DNA from: an uncultured Clostridia bacterium
GTDB taxonomy: Bacteria > Bacillota > Clostridia > TANB77 > CAG-508
Direction of reading: 5' to 3'
Assembly: GCA_948560265.1 (NCBI GenBank)
Contig: CAOXTD010000009.1
Coordinates: 271-64,270 of the forward strand
Length of the DNA: 64,000 nucleotides
Below the pieces are notes generated by a model. The model saw only the letters and a list, made by a program, of their open reading frames with translations, ran no database searches and was not told where the DNA came from. Shown here in pieces: positions 1-9,124 of this stretch. A program made the position numbers and the translations under genes. The stretch's first letter is position 1. Every line of letters begins with the position of its first letter.

Positions 1-146
1 GCTAAATTATGTAATTTTGAATTATCATTAAGATTATATAACTTAGCTCCATTTTTAAATAAATATGTATTAAAAAATGACAGAATGTATACTTTTTTCT
101 TAAAAAGTGATATAATAAAATTTAAAATTATAAAAAGGAGGACAAA

Positions 147-458
147 ATGAAAGATTCTTTAAAGCAATGGACGCAAGACCTTGTACAAGCATCAAATGCC
201 TTAGAAAGGAATACTTCAGACTTAAAAAGAAGATATTTTTTAAAGAATATAGAAAGATTTAATCAAATTGCATCTACTATTAGGGGAAGTAGGGGCTCTT
301 TCGGAACGGGATATCCTTTTTATGCTTTATCAGAAGAACTGCAAGGTCCGATTCCTGTAATTTTAGAGCAAATTAGATACAATGATGAGCTTATTGAATA
401 TGCAGAAAATAGTAAACATGACCAGTGGATATGTGAAGAGTGTCTGAGTCGAAGCTAG
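147..458 (+). CDS. hypothetical protein; N-terminal piece of an ORF split by an in-frame TAG (ends ...WICEECLSRS*)
   Basis: ORF with an upstream AGGAGG. It is in the same frame as ORF 465-1166, separated only by TAG AAA AAA. Confidence 0.5.
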   Translation: MKDSLKQWTQDLVQASNALERNTSDLKRRYFLKNIERFNQIASTIRGSRGSFGTGYPFYALSEELQGPIPVILEQIRYNDELIEYAENSKHDQWICEECLSRS

Positions 459-464
459 AAAAAA

Positions 465-1166
465 ATGCCAAATTTAAAACAAGTGTGTAAGCCTTGTCCT
501 AATATGGATAGTGAGCTAAAACCAAGAAAGATAATTAATAGATTACCAGATATTGATATGTGGATGGTTTGTGAAGATGGATGTCTAGAAGAGGCAAAAG
601 TTCAACTAGCAGAAGCATTAAAGAGACATCATATATCACCTTCTGATATAAGGCCAGTTCGAAGTATTATGGAAGTAGAGCAAATTATAGAAACTTTAGG
701 AAAAGGAGAAATGCCTGAACAATTTTTACCAGTAGATGTACACATTATGGAATATTCCAAAATGAAGGAGTTAATACGTGCAGTGCCCAAAGCATTACAA
801 CAGGCAAAAGCAGAGGGAAAAATTCCATATTTGCCGATTTCACCAGTATCCTATAGAAAAGTATGGGAATATGATGAGGCATATAATTTTATTTATGATT
901 TTTTATCTGCATTCACGCCATTTAATTTTGAACGAGATTTGGAGCAAGTAGTAAGTGATACAAGAACTACAATTGCAAGGAGCTATACAGCATCTGAATT
1001 ATATACATTTTTAGTAGCTGCAGCTACTCCTGCTAATAGAAGAAGGTTTAGAACAACGCCAGAATTAGGAGAGAAATTTTTTCAAAAAGTGTCTGCATGG
1101 AAAAGACAAAAGAATAAACAAACTGTAATAAAAACTAGTGAAGAGGAGGCGCATGGATATAGATAA
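465..1166 (+). CDS. hypothetical protein, possible nucleotidyltransferase-fold (LPDIDMWMV); probably continues ORF 147-458
   Basis: 233-aa ORF. Its CKPC near the N-terminus pairs with CEEC at the end of the previous ORF to give a zinc-ribbon-like CxxC-N14-CxxC. Confidence 0.5.
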   Translation: MPNLKQVCKPCPNMDSELKPRKIINRLPDIDMWMVCEDGCLEEAKVQLAEALKRHHISPSDIRPVRSIMEVEQIIETLGKGEMPEQFLPVDVHIMEYSKMKELIRAVPKALQQAKAEGKIPYLPISPVSYRKVWEYDEAYNFIYDFLSAFTPFNFERDLEQVVSDTRTTIARSYTASELYTFLVAAATPANRRRFRTTPELGEKFFQKVSAWKRQKNKQTVIKTSEEEAHGYR

Positions 1167-2058
1167 AATAAAGAGAATAGATTTACATGTCCATACTAAT
1201 TTGTCAGATGGAGAATTATCACCTAAAGAAGTTATTGATAAAGCAGTACAGAATCAGGTTTCTGTTATAGCAATTGCAGACCATGATACATTAGAAGCTT
1301 ATACAGAAGAATTATATCAATATGCAAGTAGTAAAAATATTAAAATTATTTGTGCTGTCGAAATATCAACTAAGATTGAGAAGTTAGGAATTCATATATT
1401 AGGATATCATTTTGATATTAACAATCAAGAGTTAAGAAATAGATTATTTTCTATTAGAAATGCTAGACATAATTATTTATACAAAGTATCTGCAATATTA
1501 AAGGAATTGGGATATGATATAAATATAGATAAGTTAGACAAAATAGATGCAGTAACGAAAGCTCATATTGCCTTAGATATAATTGAAAATATGCAAAATG
1601 AAGAACTTCTTTTAAAAAAGTTTGGACATATTCCTACAAAGGGAGAATTTATAGAAACGGTTATGAATGAGGGGTGTCCAGCTTATGTACAGAAAGAGGC
1701 AATAACTCCAAAGGATGCTGCTAAACTAATTAGAAAAGCAGGTGGAAAAGTAGTTCTAGCACATCCAGTAGCATATCAATATGAAGATAATTTGACAGAC
1801 AAAGAAATCCTAGAAATTGTAGAAGAAATACAACCAGATGGAATAGAAGCAAATTATATTTATATTAATCGTTATAATCAGAAAATAAATGATATACAGA
1901 AATGGAGAGAAGTCGCAAAGGCAAATAATTTGATGACAACAATTGGTTCTGATTTTCATAATAGTGATGGAATTAGACCAGAAATTGGATTAATAAATGA
2001 GGAAGTTATATTAACTGAGAGTGAAATAAAAGAAATGATCAACAAGCTAGAAAATTAA
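1153..2058 (+). CDS. PHP-domain phosphoesterase (TrpH/YciV-like)
   Basis: IDLHVHTNLSDG and IAIADHDT motifs. GAGGAGG lies before the ATG at 1153. Confidence 0.85.
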   Translation: MDIDKIKRIDLHVHTNLSDGELSPKEVIDKAVQNQVSVIAIADHDTLEAYTEELYQYASSKNIKIICAVEISTKIEKLGIHILGYHFDINNQELRNRLFSIRNARHNYLYKVSAILKELGYDINIDKLDKIDAVTKAHIALDIIENMQNEELLLKKFGHIPTKGEFIETVMNEGCPAYVQKEAITPKDAAKLIRKAGGKVVLAHPVAYQYEDNLTDKEILEIVEEIQPDGIEANYIYINRYNQKINDIQKWREVAKANNLMTTIGSDFHNSDGIRPEIGLINEEVILTESEIKEMINKLEN

Positions 2059-2078
2059 AAGTTCTAGCTTGTTTTAAG
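2041..2078. terminator. bidirectional intrinsic terminator between the PHP gene and spoIVA
   Basis: Perfect 12-bp stem AACAAGCTAGAA/TTCTAGCTTGTT with a 9-nt loop and flanking A/T runs. Confidence 0.7.
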
Positions 2079-2079
2079 T

Positions 2080-3561
2080 TTAAAGTATAATACAGATCAA
2101 TCCGCCGCTACCCTCGTTGACAATACGTTCTAAAGTTTCTTGCAATTTTGCTTGTGCTTCTTCGGGCATTCTAGATAATTTATTCTGTAAACCTTCATTA
2201 ACTAATTCGTGTAAATTTTTTCCAAAAATATTAGATTCCCAAATTTTCTTAGGATCTGACTCAAATTCAGAAAGAAGATAATTTACTAAATCTTCTGATT
2301 GCTTTTCACTTCCCACAATAGGAGAAACTTCGGTTTCAATATCAGCTCTTATCATGTGAATACTAGGAGCTTTAGCTTTTAATTTAACACCAAATCTAGA
2401 GCCTTGTTTTACCATTTCAGGTTCTTCTAATAGAAGTTCATCAATAGAAGGTGTTACAATACCATAACCTGTTGCTTTGACTTCTTCTAGAGCATAAGCA
2501 ATTTTATCATATTGTTTCTTGGTTTGTGCAAATTCTGTAATCGTACTAAATAGAGCGCCCTCATCATTAATTTCTACACCAGATATTTCAGTTAATACTT
2601 TATAGAATAGTTCATCCATTAATTGAATGGAAATATTGACACTACCTTCGCCAAGACGAATTTCATCTAAAGTTGTTTTTGTAATAACTTGTGTATTTTG
2701 CAGTTGAGAAATACCACTATCTACTTGTTTCAAAATATGAATATCTGTAAATGCAGTTTGAATTTCAGAATACAATTCTTTTTTTAGCCAGTGGTCATCA
2801 CAAAGACCATCTACCCATCTTGGAAAATTCAAATTAATAGTTTCAATTGGAAATTCATATAGAATTTTACTAAAGATATAGTCAATATCTTCTAAATCTA
2901 GATGAGCACAATCTGTTGGGATAACAGAAACTTGATATTTGTCTTCTAACTTTTTAGCTAAAGCTTTGGTATAGTCAGAAAATGGATCATCACTATTTAA
3001 AACAATGACAAATGGCTTATTCAATTCTTGTAATTCTTTTACAACTCGTTCTTCAGCAGCAATGTAGTCCTCACGAGGAATGTCTGTTACACTACCATCA
3101 GTAGTTACTAAAATACCAATAGTAGAATGTTCAGTAATTACCTTACGAGTACCCATTTCAGCTGCTTCTTCAAATGGTATTTCTTCTTCAAACCAAGGTG
3201 TTTTTACCATACGAGGCATGTCGTCTTCTAGATATCCAATTGCATTATTAACTAAATAACCAACACAATCTACTAGTCTGGTTTTAAATTTTAGATTTTC
3301 ACCAATTGTAATTTCAACAGCTTCATTTGGAATAAATTTAGGTTCAGTAGTCATAATAGTTCTTCCACCAGCACTTTGTGGTAGTTCGTCACGAGCTCTT
3401 TCTTTTTTGTATTCATTGTCAATGTTTGGAATAACAAGCAAATCCATAAAGTTTTTAATAAAAGTAGATTTACCAGTACGAACAGGACCAACTACGCCAA
3501 CGTAAATGTCGCCATCAGTACGTAAAGCTATATCTTGATATAATTTTAAATTCTCTTCCAT
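2080..3561 (-). CDS. spoIVA: stage IV sporulation protein A
   Basis: 493 aa. N-terminus YQDIALRTDGDIYVGVVGPVRTGKSTFIK (Walker A) is typical of SpoIVA. Confidence 0.95.
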   Translation of the reverse strand: MEENLKLYQDIALRTDGDIYVGVVGPVRTGKSTFIKNFMDLLVIPNIDNEYKKERARDELPQSAGGRTIMTTEPKFIPNEAVEITIGENLKFKTRLVDCVGYLVNNAIGYLEDDMPRMVKTPWFEEEIPFEEAAEMGTRKVITEHSTIGILVTTDGSVTDIPREDYIAAEERVVKELQELNKPFVIVLNSDDPFSDYTKALAKKLEDKYQVSVIPTDCAHLDLEDIDYIFSKILYEFPIETINLNFPRWVDGLCDDHWLKKELYSEIQTAFTDIHILKQVDSGISQLQNTQVITKTTLDEIRLGEGSVNISIQLMDELFYKVLTEISGVEINDEGALFSTITEFAQTKKQYDKIAYALEEVKATGYGIVTPSIDELLLEEPEMVKQGSRFGVKLKAKAPSIHMIRADIETEVSPIVGSEKQSEDLVNYLLSEFESDPKKIWESNIFGKNLHELVNEGLQNKLSRMPEEAQAKLQETLERIVNEGSGGLICIIL

Positions 3562-3735
3562 GAATTATTTAACCCCCTCTAAGAAATGTTTGTACAAAAA
3601 ATCTTTAATTAATGTATATTAGACAGACTAAAAAGTATGACAAAAATGAAAAAATAATTTTAATGAAAAAATAATATACAAATTAAAAAAAGTAGTATAT
3701 AATGTAAAAAAGTATAATAAAGGAGGAAATAAAAG

Positions 3736-4353
3736 ATGGGAATAGCAGCATTAGTTTTAGGGATTATTGCGTTTGTATTAGCCATTACATTTGTGTTAGC
3801 ACCCCTTGGAGTGGTTTTAGCAGTAATTGGATTAATTTTAGGAATTGTAGATATCGTTAAGAAAGGAAAAACAGGAGAGAAAAAAGCAATTAGTCTTACA
3901 GGGCTTATCTTATGTGCAGTGATGTTTATTGTACTAATTGTAGAATCATTTTTTATATTAATAGCAGGAATTGCAATATATGACACAGTAAGCGATTATG
4001 ACTCTAATAGAAGTACAGCATCAATGGAGAAATCAGAAATTGAAACTTTCAATACAAAGTTTTCAGGCTATGAAGGAGATAAGAAAGGCTCAGATGTTAA
4101 AATATTGTTAAATAACATTAGCATTAACAATAGTTATAGTGAGCATGAAGTAGATGTATATTATAATGGACTAATGGAAGAACCAGATGAATTGAAGCAA
4201 AAAATAAGTGCAACACAAAAATATACTGTAGTATTGTATAAAGATATAGATGGATATGTTAATAGAGCATATATTATGCCAAATTATGGTAGTACAACCA
4301 ATAATAGCACAGTATCTAATAGCTTAACAAACAAAACAACAAATCTATTATAA
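3736..4353 (+). CDS. membrane protein, function unknown
   Basis: Two or three N-terminal TM helices followed by a polar S/T/N-rich domain; RBS GGAGG. Confidence 0.6.
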   Translation: MGIAALVLGIIAFVLAITFVLAPLGVVLAVIGLILGIVDIVKKGKTGEKKAISLTGLILCAVMFIVLIVESFFILIAGIAIYDTVSDYDSNRSTASMEKSEIETFNTKFSGYEGDKKGSDVKILLNNISINNSYSEHEVDVYYNGLMEEPDELKQKISATQKYTVVLYKDIDGYVNRAYIMPNYGSTTNNSTVSNSLTNKTTNLL

Positions 4354-4365
4354 AAGGAGAAACGA

Positions 4366-5212
4366 ATGGCAACAATTATTAATGGAAAAGAACTAGCAGC
4401 AAAAGTAAGATTGGAATTAAAAGAAGAAGTAGCAGAATTAAAAAGGAAAGGAATTCAGCCTAAACTAGCAGTTATTATGGTAGGAAATGATAGTGCATCA
4501 GCAGTATATGTGCGTAATAAAAGTAAAGCTTGTGACGAAATAGGAATTGCATTTGAAGAATTTTTATTAAAGGAAGATACAACAAGAGAAGAATTATTAA
4601 ATCTAATTGAAGAATTAAACAATAGAGAGGATGTTCATGGCATTTTATTACAAAGTCCAATTCCAAAACATCTAGATATTAGAGAAGCTTTTAATGCCAT
4701 TAGTTACAAAAAAGATGTTGATGGTTTTCATCCAATTAATGTAGGAAAATTAGCAATAGGAGAAGAGTGTTTTGTTTCATGCACACCAGCAGGTGTTATG
4801 AAAATGTTAGAAGAATATCATATTGAAACACAAGGAAAAAGTGCAGTTGTGATAGGAAGAAGCAATATTGTAGGAAGACCACTTGCACAATTGTTAATAA
4901 ATAGCAATGCAACTGTTACAGTTTGTCATTCCAAAACACAAAATATAGCAGAAATAACAAAGAAGGCAGACATTTTAGTAGCAGCTATTCGGAAAACCAA
5001 AATTTGTGACAGAAAATATGGTAAAAGAAGGAGCAGTTGTTATTGATGTAGGTATTAATAGAAAAGAAGAAGGCAAATTAGTAGGTGATGTAGACTTCGA
5101 AAATGTAGAAAACAAGGTGTCTTACATCACACCAGTACCAGGGGGAGTAGGACCTATGACAATTGCAATGTTAATGAACAATGTGGTTCTAGCAGCTAAA
5201 AAAGAAAACTAA
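4366..5212 (+). CDS. folD: bifunctional methylene-THF dehydrogenase/methenyl-THF cyclohydrolase FolD; frame broken by one extra C at 4990
   Basis: ORFs 4366-5046 and 5006-5212 join after skipping C4990 to give [30 protein letters not shown], a canonical FolD motif. Confidence 0.9.
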
Positions 5213-5248
5213 GAAATTCGGGGGCTTGATTTTATAGGAGGAAAACTT

Positions 5249-5890
5249 ATGAAAGTCATTTATCAAGCCAAAAAAAATTATCCAGAAAAATTAAAACATA
5301 TTTATGCACCGCCAGCAAAGTTATATTTGTTAGGTGATGAAACAATATTAAATAAGCCATCCATAGCTATCATTGGTTGTAGACAAGCAAGTGATTATGG
5401 CAAAAAGGTGGCTTTTCGTTTTGCCTATGAATTAGCAAAACAAGGAATTGTAGTAATCAGTGGGCTAGCCAGAGGAATAGATACTTATGGACACTTGGGA
5501 GCGGTAAAAGCTAATGGAAAAACGATTGCTGTTTTAGGAAGTGGATTTGCACATATTTATCCAGCAGAGAACAAGGGGGTATGCAGAGAGATTATTCAAA
5601 AAGGTGGAGCGATTGTAACAGAATATTCACCAGAGAGCAAACCAGAAAAAATGCACTTTCCAGCTAGAAATCGATTAATTAGCGGATTATCTAATGGAGT
5701 TCTAGTGGTAGAAGCAAAAGAAAAGAGTGGAACTCTTATAACAGTAGATTATGCACTAGACCAAGGAAAAGAAGTTTTTATCATTCCAGGTAATATTACA
5801 AACCCAAATTCTAATGGAACCAATAGTTTAATTCAACAAGGTGCTAAATTAGTTACAAAAGTAGAAGATATTTTGGTAGAATTACTTTAA
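5249..5890 (+). CDS. dprA: DNA-processing protein DprA/Smf, Rossmann-core-only form
   Basis: SGLARGIDTYGHLGA and FPARNRLISGLS motifs. At 213 aa it lacks the usual N- and C-terminal extensions. Confidence 0.8.
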   Translation: MKVIYQAKKNYPEKLKHIYAPPAKLYLLGDETILNKPSIAIIGCRQASDYGKKVAFRFAYELAKQGIVVISGLARGIDTYGHLGAVKANGKTIAVLGSGFAHIYPAENKGVCREIIQKGGAIVTEYSPESKPEKMHFPARNRLISGLSNGVLVVEAKEKSGTLITVDYALDQGKEVFIIPGNITNPNSNGTNSLIQQGAKLVTKVEDILVELL

Positions 5891-5971
5891 AAATCAAAAA
5901 AAATATGTTATAATAGGTGGCGAATGATAAATTCGGGGAAATAACGGAAGAAGGAAAGGAGATAAAAGGTA

Positions 5972-7375
5972 ATGGCTGACGAAACAACCAAAAAAACATC
6001 AACAGCTAAAAGTAGTGAAAAGAAGATAGCAACAGGAAGTACAAAAAGGATAGTACAAAGTAGAAGCTCCTCTACAGCGGGAAAAAAGAATACTACTAAA
6101 AAAGAAAGCACGACAAAAGCTACTACTAAAGTAGAGAAGAGTGCTCCAAAAACAACTAGAAAGAAAACTACTGTGGAGAATCAAGAAAAAAGTAAGAAAA
6201 CTACTTCCGCTAAAAAAGAAAGTGCACCTAAAAATGAAAAGACAACAAAGAAAACTACTTCTTCTGCTAAAAGTGAAGCTACTAAAAAGAAGACTACAAA
6301 AAAAGTAGAAAAACAAGAAAATATAGAATTAGAAGAAAAAAAGACGAAATCTACCACGCCTAAAAAAGGCAAACATTCTTTGGAACCTGAAGAAATATCT
6401 CAAGTAGAAAAGGCATTAGAAGAGGCAATAGAAGCTGCAAAGCAGGAAATTATAAAAAAGGCTAGAGAAGAAAATAAAATAGAAATTCCTACAATTGAAG
6501 AATTATTGAGAAAAGCAGGAATTACAGAAACAGATAGTTTGACTAATAAAAAAGATATCCCTAAAAGAGAAGAACTTTTATCTTTGGAAGATGATGAGGA
6601 GCTAGAGGCAGATGAGGATTTTGAAGAGATAGAAGAATTCGAAGATAAAGAGGAACTAGATGAAGACGACGATATAGACGAAGAAGAGGATATAGAGGAA
6701 GATTTAGAAGACGAATATTATGATGAAGATGAAGAGTTAGAAGATGAATATTATGATGAAGATGAAGAACTAGAGGACGAATATTACGACGAAGAGGATG
6801 ACGAGGAACTAGAAGACGAAGAAGACTATGAAGATGATGAAGAATTAGAAGAAGAGGAATATGAAGAGCCAACGACACGTCTTACAAAAAGAAGAGAAAG
6901 AGATATTGCAGAAGTTGTCAGAAAAGAAATGCAAAAGAATAAAAAAGTAGCTGATGTAGAACTTGGAAAAATTCATTCAAGAGTTTTTCAAAATATTTGC
7001 TTAGCAATAGTAGTTATGCTATATTTGAATTTTGTTGTTTTAGGATTTGTTAATATTGAAAATTCAGTTTTTGTTACAGACTTGAAAGTGTTTAGTGTTG
7101 CTCTTTTAGTGATTGCAGTTGGAATTTTTGAATATGCCTATAAAAAAGATAGTGGAAGACATACGCTTCATGGAATAGAGATTTTATTACTTGCTTTTAC
7201 AACAATGGGATTAATATATGTTAATTTAATGTGGCAAGGAAAATTTGTATATCTTGTAGCTTTAATTACTTTTATTTTTGCTATCTATTACGTAGCAAAA
7301 TCTATTATTGTTTATAAAAAGATGAAAAAGCAATATTTTATTGATGAGATGAAGAAAGTAATAAAGAGAAGATAG
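5972..7375 (+). CDS. highly charged membrane protein: K/T/S-rich N-terminus, D/E/Y-rich repeat centre, four C-terminal TM helices
   Basis: 467-aa ORF with extreme compositional segments; I recognise no family. Confidence 0.7.
   Translation: MADETTKKTSTAKSSEKKIATGSTKRIVQSRSSSTAGKKNTTKKESTTKATTKVEKSAPKTTRKKTTVENQEKSKKTTSAKKESAPKNEKTTKKTTSSAKSEATKKKTTKKVEKQENIELEEKKTKSTTPKKGKHSLEPEEISQVEKALEEAIEAAKQEIIKKAREENKIEIPTIEELLRKAGITETDSLTNKKDIPKREELLSLEDDEELEADEDFEEIEEFEDKEELDEDDDIDEEEDIEEDLEDEYYDEDEELEDEYYDEDEELEDEYYDEEDDEELEDEEDYEDDEELEEEEYEEPTTRLTKRRERDIAEVVRKEMQKNKKVADVELGKIHSRVFQNICLAIVVMLYLNFVVLGFVNIENSVFVTDLKVFSVALLVIAVGIFEYAYKKDSGRHTLHGIEILLLAFTTMGLIYVNLMWQGKFVYLVALITFIFAIYYVAKSIIVYKKMKKQYFIDEMKKVIKRR
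6704..6802 (+). repeat. 3 x 33-nt in-frame tandem repeat (encodes LEDEYYDEDEE)
   Basis: Units at 6704-6736, 6737-6769 and 6770-6802 are near-identical. Confidence 0.85.
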
Positions 7376-7388
7376 GAAGGAAATACAT

Positions 7389-8257
7389 ATGAATAGTATG
7401 ACAGGCTTTGGAAGGGCAAAATTAGAAAAAGAAGGAAGAGAATATTTAGTAGAAATTCGTTCAGTCAATCATAAATATACTGATATTACAGTAAAAGCAC
7501 CTCGTAACCTTTTATATTTAGAGGATAAAATTAGAAAAGCTATTTTACAAAGAGTAGCAAGGGGGAAATTTGATATTTTTATGCAAATTACGGCATAGAG
7601 GGAAAAAATGTTGTTATCAACAAAGAACTTGCCAAGGTATATATTCGAGAATTGACACAACTAGCGGAAGAAAATGATATTCCAAGTGGGCTTAGAGCAA
7701 GTGAAGTTTCCAAACTTCCAGATGTTATGAACATACAATTAGAAGAAGATAGCACAGAGACAATTTGGTTAGAACTTTTAGAATGTTTAGAGAACAGTAT
7801 AGATAATTTTGTTGAAATGAGAGCATTAGAAGGAAATAGAATCAAACAGGATTTAGCAGTACGTTTACAGAAAATTGCGAAAAATGTAGATGAGATTTCA
7901 GATCTTTCTACTGGACTTCTAGAAGAATATGTAGTAAAATTACAAGAAAGAATAAAAGAAGTTTTAAAAACAGATGTAGTAGATGAAACAAGATTAGCAC
8001 AAGAAATAGTTATTTATGCTGATAAATCTTCTATTGAAGAAGAAATAACAAGATTAAAAAGTCATATTGAGCAATTTGAAAAGTTGCTAGAGTCAGAAGA
8101 ACCTTGTGGAAAGAAATTAGACTTCTTAGTGCAAGAAATGAATAGGGAGACTAATACAATAGGCTCTAAATCAGGAAAATTAGAAATAACCAATTTAGTA
8201 ATAGACTTAAAAACACAAATTGAAGATATTAGAGAGCAAATACAAAATATTGAATAA
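7389..8257 (+). CDS. yicC: YicC/YloC-family stress-induced protein; frame broken (-1 type) near 7590-7593
   Basis: N-terminus MTGFGRA...VEIRSVNHKY and C-terminus KLDFLVQEMNRETNTIGSKS lie in frames 0 and 2. They join as ...FMQIT/GIEGKNVVINKEL. Confidence 0.85.
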
Positions 8258-8278
8258 ATAGAGGGGAAGAGTAAAATT

Positions 8279-8473
8279 ATGTTAGTAAAACCAACGGTAT
8301 TAGAATTATTAAATAAAGTAGATAATCGTTTTGAGTTAGTAACAATGACTGCTAAAAGAGCAAGACAGATAGCTGCAGGAAGTACTCCATTAACAAAAAA
8401 AGAAGAGCCATCTCCAGTATCTCTTGCTGCTGATGAAATTAATGAAGGTAAAGTAGTAGCAGTAGAAGAATAA
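8279..8473 (+). CDS. rpoZ: DNA-directed RNA polymerase subunit omega
   Basis: 64 aa with NRFELVTMTAKRARQI. Confidence 0.9.
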   Translation: MLVKPTVLELLNKVDNRFELVTMTAKRARQIAAGSTPLTKKEEPSPVSLAADEINEGKVVAVEE

Positions 8474-8497
8474 TTAGAAATAAAGAGGAAGAAAAGT

Positions 8498-9058
8498 ATG
8501 AAAAAGAAACATATTATATCTTTATGTGGAGAACTTGCAAGTGGAAAAGGAACTGTGTCTAGACTTTTAGCAGAAAAGTTAGAATTTGGTATTTATTGCA
8601 ATGGAGATTATGCAAGAAGTTTAGCAAAAGAACTAGGAATGGATATTACAGCTTTTAATGTATATGTAAAAGAACATCCAGAAATTGATAGGCAGATTGA
8701 GCAAAATGCTAGAGAATATGCAAAAGAGCATGAAAATTTTGTTATAGATGCTAGACTAGGGTGGTATGCTGTACCAGAATCTTTTAAAGTGTACTTAAAA
8801 GTGGATATTAATGAAGCTGCAAGAAGAGCTTTTTATGATGTGAAGCGCAAATCATCAGAAAATTTGCAGTCCATAGAAGAGCAAAAGATAGATATGCAAA
8901 AGCGCTATCAATTAGAAAATGAAAGATATTATAACTTATATGGTGTAAGAAAAGAAGATGAATCTAATTATGATATTGTTATTGACACAACAAATATGAC
9001 GGCAGAGCAAGTAACAGATATTATTATTCAAGAATACGAAAAATGGTTAAAAAGTTAA
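8498..9058 (+). CDS. cytidylate-kinase-like (AAA/NMP kinase) family protein
   Basis: P-loop CGELASGKGT; 186 aa; NMP-kinase-like layout. Confidence 0.7.
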   Translation: MKKKHIISLCGELASGKGTVSRLLAEKLEFGIYCNGDYARSLAKELGMDITAFNVYVKEHPEIDRQIEQNAREYAKEHENFVIDARLGWYAVPESFKVYLKVDINEAARRAFYDVKRKSSENLQSIEEQKIDMQKRYQLENERYYNLYGVRKEDESNYDIVIDTTNMTAEQVTDIIIQEYEKWLKS

Positions 9059-9060
9059 GA

Positions 9061-9084
9061 AGCAAGGGAAACCTTGCTTTTCTT
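9061..9084 (+). terminator. intrinsic terminator
   Basis: AGCAAGG-gaaa-CCTTGCT followed by TTTCTT. Confidence 0.55.
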
Positions 9085-9124
9085 GTACGATTTTGATAAA
9101 ATGTGGAAAGTTAGGAGTATCCTC

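Noticed and set aside
456-458. In-frame TAG read as pyrrolysine, or as evidence for an alternative genetic code.
   Set aside because: TAG clearly terminates several well-defined genes in this window (e.g. at 17468, 44625, 46460, 60857 and agrD). No pyl genes are visible.
3660-3986. Antisense or overlapping ORFs from the six-frame track. Examples: 3660-3986(-), 4475-4666(-), 5999-6316(-), 6561-6878(-), 11021-11518(-), 13210-13530(-), 17114-17464(-), 18652-19065(-), 33136-33504(-), 47913-48320(-), 51343-51777(-), 56670-57068(-).
   Set aside because: Each lies fully inside a well-supported gene on the other strand or frame. They lack RBS motifs and have low-complexity, Ser/Leu/Phe/Ile-rich composition typical of shadow ORFs in AT-rich DNA.
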